64,000 nucleotides of DNA from assembly GCF_028368995.1 (NCBI RefSeq), contig NZ_JAQNDL010000002.1:1856001-1920000 (forward strand), given 5' to 3'. The number at the start of each line of letters is the position of its first letter. The stretch's first letter is position 1. Below, one piece after another: positions 57,801 through 64,000 of the stretch. A model generated the notes under the pieces. It made no database searches and was not told the DNA's origin. It was given only the letters and a program-made list of their open reading frames with translations. Both the position numbers and the translations under genes were made by a program. Source of the DNA: Nannocystis bainbridge (GTDB taxonomy: Bacteria; Myxococcota_A; Polyangia; Nannocystales; Nannocystaceae).

Positions 57801-57906
57801 CACCAGCGGGGGCGACGCGGAGCGCGCCCGGGTGCCGGCGCTGGCGACGTTCTACACCGAGCTCGACTTCACGATCGGCGCGGCCGACGTGGTGTGGGCG
57901 GCCTGA
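54844..57906 (+). CDS. FAD/NAD(P)-binding oxidoreductase fused to an acetoacetate decarboxylase-like domain
   Basis: IVGGGMAA, RLGGKGASGR, IEEHGLHLFYGFY, LCGDWT and GCVEGATMSG; C-terminal PYLWVD..GGREVLGFPK and FLKQYRD. Confidence 0.85.
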   Translation: MVIHINKPERIVIVGGGMAALTTAFELTSRPDWRERYDITVYQMGHRLGGKGASGRDQERFDRIEEHGLHLFYGFYDNAFSVLRRCYDELARPAGAPLRTLEDAFHPHSLVVFEEQRGGQWHHQPLLFPRNHERPGLGAATPTPAALIPKMLTFLLDLFDEQPLLKNPAATRSDRAALRLLRRGVSGLLGELGEFLQRPGDGLVVVRREALLGRLLAFSRWTWRLCAPLLARRPDLRVAWTAVDVTLAMIRGMIADRLVEETAVDWLRLDHEDFRAWLRRHGASDEAVAASTVAGVYAGAYMADQELGAGTALHWTLRMLYTYRGALFYKMQAGMGDVVFAPLYLVLRACGVKFRFFHRADALRLSADRSRIDEVVFGRQVAVKGGRDYEPLYDVKGLPCWPSEPLYDQLEHGDALAQSGENLEDWGTQWPDSQEPLVLAAGRDFDRVLLGIGLGAVPALCAEMIADPNNPRFAAMVRAVKTTHTASAQLWFRGDLASTGWRLPPPVMIPHAMPLDTWADMSHLLPRESFPGHVPTASCAYLTAAMDDDETPPVRREDAEGYCARQTARIRTLLAQHLRTNSAHLWPAAQKPGGGLDHRCLVTTDAGADPLDWQHVSPCLNPSDRYVRSIRGSTLHRLDAGASGYDNLVLCGDWTLNPMNLGCVEGATMSGIRAAQVISGEAIALHDDWLAARHPALRTPARERPRYIQRALNESTSPPYEARATAMYASVLAAEPERLADLCQRHLGLNPERCYLPLGPSVVFYAQHNHALSAVDAPGVVPERDFGFLVPVAVCERRAGKLTPVGVAVYMPYLWVDLGAALLGGREVLGFPKGQATLGFPGAPTGAVELRVDAWMPPASGRGDAWREERLIDARLDDSARSRVRSLADALRSGFDPSWLASRGVDLAGQLCLLRAITMTLRTGGLRMVFLKQYRDAAACDRACYQAIVEAPCTRAGTPRVAAQLPGALQLQILRRSGLLAELGLRTSGGDAERARVPALATFYTELDFTIGAADVVWAA

Positions 57907-57917
57907 CGCGCCCCAGC

Positions 57918-58058
57918 GGGCATGCCCTTCACGACATGTCCCCGTGCCCCCTGCCTGGAGCTAGTTCTACCGCCCGCCCCACATGGCACAAGGGGCATGT
58001 CCTCTCGAACATGCCCCTTCCAACAGGCCCTTTCAGACATGCCCTTTCGGACCTGTCC
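57918..58058. repeat. 14-bp-period palindrome array (array 6)
   Basis: CATG at 57921 and 57935; then 57982 CATG, 57996 CATG, 58010 CATG, 58024 CAGG, 58038 CATG and 58052 CCTG. Confidence 0.9.
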
Positions 58059-58064
58059 GAAGCC

Positions 58065-59795
<1,731 letters not shown>

Positions 59796-59884
59796 GTCCG
59801 CAATGCTCCGGCTGTCCGCGTGCTTACCACCTTACTGCCCGAGCCGGGTACTGGGCCGTTCGCCCCCGGACTCACGCAGGCCCG

Positions 59885-62089
<2,205 letters not shown>

Positions 62090-62300
62090 GTCCGGCCCAG
62101 CCTAAGCGGGCGGCGAGGCGCGGTCAACGCAGACAGGGCCCTGCCCGAGCGCCGCCGCCGCCGCCCGCCGGGCCCCGGCGGCGCTCGCCAGGGCGCCGCG
62201 AACGTGCATCCACTGCGCTGGCGCGTGCACGTCTCCACGTGCGGCACCTCCCTGGCGGGCCGACACGCGGTTCGGGGTCGTCGGGAGTAGGCTCCGCGCC

Positions 62301-63854
62301 ATGACCTCCGGGAGCCCTGTTTCGGTCGTGATCGGCCACACGATTGCCCTGCGCGACGTGGACGCTGTCGCCCGCCGCGGCGCCGCCGTCTCGCTCGCCG
62401 CCGAGGCGCGGGACGAGCTGCGACAGACGCGGGATCACCTCGAGCGAGCGCTGGCCGCCGGCGCGATCATCTACGGCGTCAACACCGGCTTCGGCGCCCT
62501 GTCCGACGCGAAGATCGCCCCCGACGAGCTCGGGATCTTGCAGCAGAACCTGCTGCGCAGCCACGCGGCCGGGGTCGGCCCGGCGTTCTCCGCCGACGTC
62601 GTGCGCGCCCTCTTGCTGCTGCGCGCCCACACCCTCGCGCTCGGGGCCAGCGGCGTGTCGCCCGGCGTGCCCGAGTTCCTGCTGCAGATGCTGGCCCGCG
62701 ATGTCCTCCCGGTCGTCCCGTGCCAGGGCAGCGTCGGCGCCAGCGGTGACCTGGCCCCGCTGGCCCACCTCGCCCTGGTCGCCATCGGCGAGGGGTTCGC
62801 CTGGTCCGAAGGACAGATCATCTCCGGCGCCGACGCCCTCGCGCGCGCCGGCCTGACCCCGCTGCGCCTCGGCCCCAAGGAGGGCCTGAGCCTCATCAAC
62901 GGCACCCAGGTCACCACCGCCGTCGGCGCGCTCGCGCTGTGCGACGCCGCCGAGCTGATCGCCGCCGCCGACATCCTCGGCAGCCTCAGCCTCGACGCGC
63001 TGCTCGGCACCGTCACCGCCACCGACCCGCGGATCCACGCCGGCAAGCCACACGTCGGCCAGCGCGAGAGCGCCGCCGTCTCGCGCGCCCTGCTCGTCGA
63101 CTCCCCGCTCCGCGCCTCGCACAGCGACTGCGGCGAGGTCCAGGACGCCTACGCCCTCCGCTGCATGCCGCAGGTCCACGGGGCCGCGCGCGACGCCCTC
63201 GCCTACGTCGCCGGCGCCGTGCAGGTCGAGCTCAACAGCTTCACCGACAACCCGCTGGTGCTGGCCCGCGCGGACGGCGGCTTCGACGTCCTCAGCGGCG
63301 GCAACTTCCACGCCGGCACCGTCGCCCTCCCGCTCGATCACATGACCGCCGCGCTCACCACCCTCGCCACCATCAGCGAGCGCCGCACCGATCGCATGCT
63401 CAACCCCGCGACCTCGCGCGGCCTCCCGGCCTTCCTGGCCGAAAGGCCAGGTGTCGAGAGCGGCCTGATGATGGCCCACGTCACCGCCTCGGCGCTCGCC
63501 AGCGAGTGCAAGTCGCTCAGCTTCCCCGCCTCCGTCGACACCATCCCGACCTCGGCCGGCAAGGAGGACCACGTCAGCATGGGCCCGATCGCCGCCCGCA
63601 AGCTGCGCAGCGTGGTCGACAACCTCGCCCGCGTGCTCGCCATCGAGGCCATCGCCGCCGCCCGCGGCCTCGACCTGCGCGGGCACCCGACCAGCGCCCC
63701 GCTCCAGCGCGTCCACGCGGCCATCCGCGCCCACGTCCCGCCGTGGACCGGCGACCGCAGCCCGGGCGGCGACACCGAGGCCCTCGCCGCCGCGATCCTG
63801 CGCGGCGAGCTGCGCCGCGCCGCCGAGGTCGCCTCCCCGCTCGATCGCGGCTGA
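62301..63854 (+). CDS. hutH: Histidine ammonia-lyase
   Basis: YGVNTGFG, NLLRSH, GSVGASGDLAPLAHL (MIO), KEGLSLING, QDAYALRC.PQVHG and EDHVSMG. Confidence 0.93.
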   Translation: MTSGSPVSVVIGHTIALRDVDAVARRGAAVSLAAEARDELRQTRDHLERALAAGAIIYGVNTGFGALSDAKIAPDELGILQQNLLRSHAAGVGPAFSADVVRALLLLRAHTLALGASGVSPGVPEFLLQMLARDVLPVVPCQGSVGASGDLAPLAHLALVAIGEGFAWSEGQIISGADALARAGLTPLRLGPKEGLSLINGTQVTTAVGALALCDAAELIAAADILGSLSLDALLGTVTATDPRIHAGKPHVGQRESAAVSRALLVDSPLRASHSDCGEVQDAYALRCMPQVHGAARDALAYVAGAVQVELNSFTDNPLVLARADGGFDVLSGGNFHAGTVALPLDHMTAALTTLATISERRTDRMLNPATSRGLPAFLAERPGVESGLMMAHVTASALASECKSLSFPASVDTIPTSAGKEDHVSMGPIAARKLRSVVDNLARVLAIEAIAAARGLDLRGHPTSAPLQRVHAAIRAHVPPWTGDRSPGGDTEALAAAILRGELRRAAEVASPLDRG

Positions 63855-63937
63855 GCAGCCGCGCAACGGCGCGCCCGGAGAGCGCATCACCGGGCAGTCA
63901 TTCATCGTGGCGCTCGCTCTCGTGTCGCCACACGAAA

Positions 63938-64000
63938 GGACATGTCCAGGCCACCCTGCCCTCATGGACATGTCCTTCTCGGCATGTTCCATTGAACATG
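63938..64000. repeat. 14-bp-period palindrome array (array 7, runs off the window)
   Basis: Junctions at 63941 CATG, 63955 CCTG, 63969 CATG, 63983 CATG and 63997 CATG. Confidence 0.88.

Noticed and set aside
62301-63854. Ammonia-lyase as PAL/TAL of a biosynthetic cluster
   Set aside because: It has the HAL-type LLRSH specificity motif and no biosynthetic neighbours in the window.

Overview
Very GC-rich (roughly 70-75% by eye) bacterial chromosomal segment. Gene content points to a myxobacterium, probably Nannocystis-like (inference): Thr/Ser-rich linker lipoproteins, Cys-rich repeat proteins, several Hanks-type kinases and Omp85-like barrels. It holds about 36 CDS. Housekeeping genes are purE, purK, miaB, lon, acs, frmA/adhC, hutH and dprA; the rest are envelope, secreted and signalling genes. 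I saw no rRNA, tRNA, CRISPR array or transposase. The main unexplained signal is a 14-bp palindrome, TGTCC-N4-GGACA. It forms head-to-tail arrays with an exact 14-bp period (junctions read GGACATGTCC) in seven intergenic regions, mostly at convergent gene ends. It also occurs as 1-4 unit copies inside many unrelated coding sequences, often written with AT-ending codons that are rare here. This looks like a chromosome-wide DNA-level code, such as sites for a polymerising DNA-binding protein; I do not recognise it, and no obvious cognate binder is encoded in this window. Secondary observations: a frameshifted MpaB/DUF2236 gene, an active plus inactive DUF3857-transglutaminase-TPR pair, a pseudo-M1-peptidase/Omp85 fusion, an orphan Imm19-like gene and a 10-copy Cys-rich repeat.
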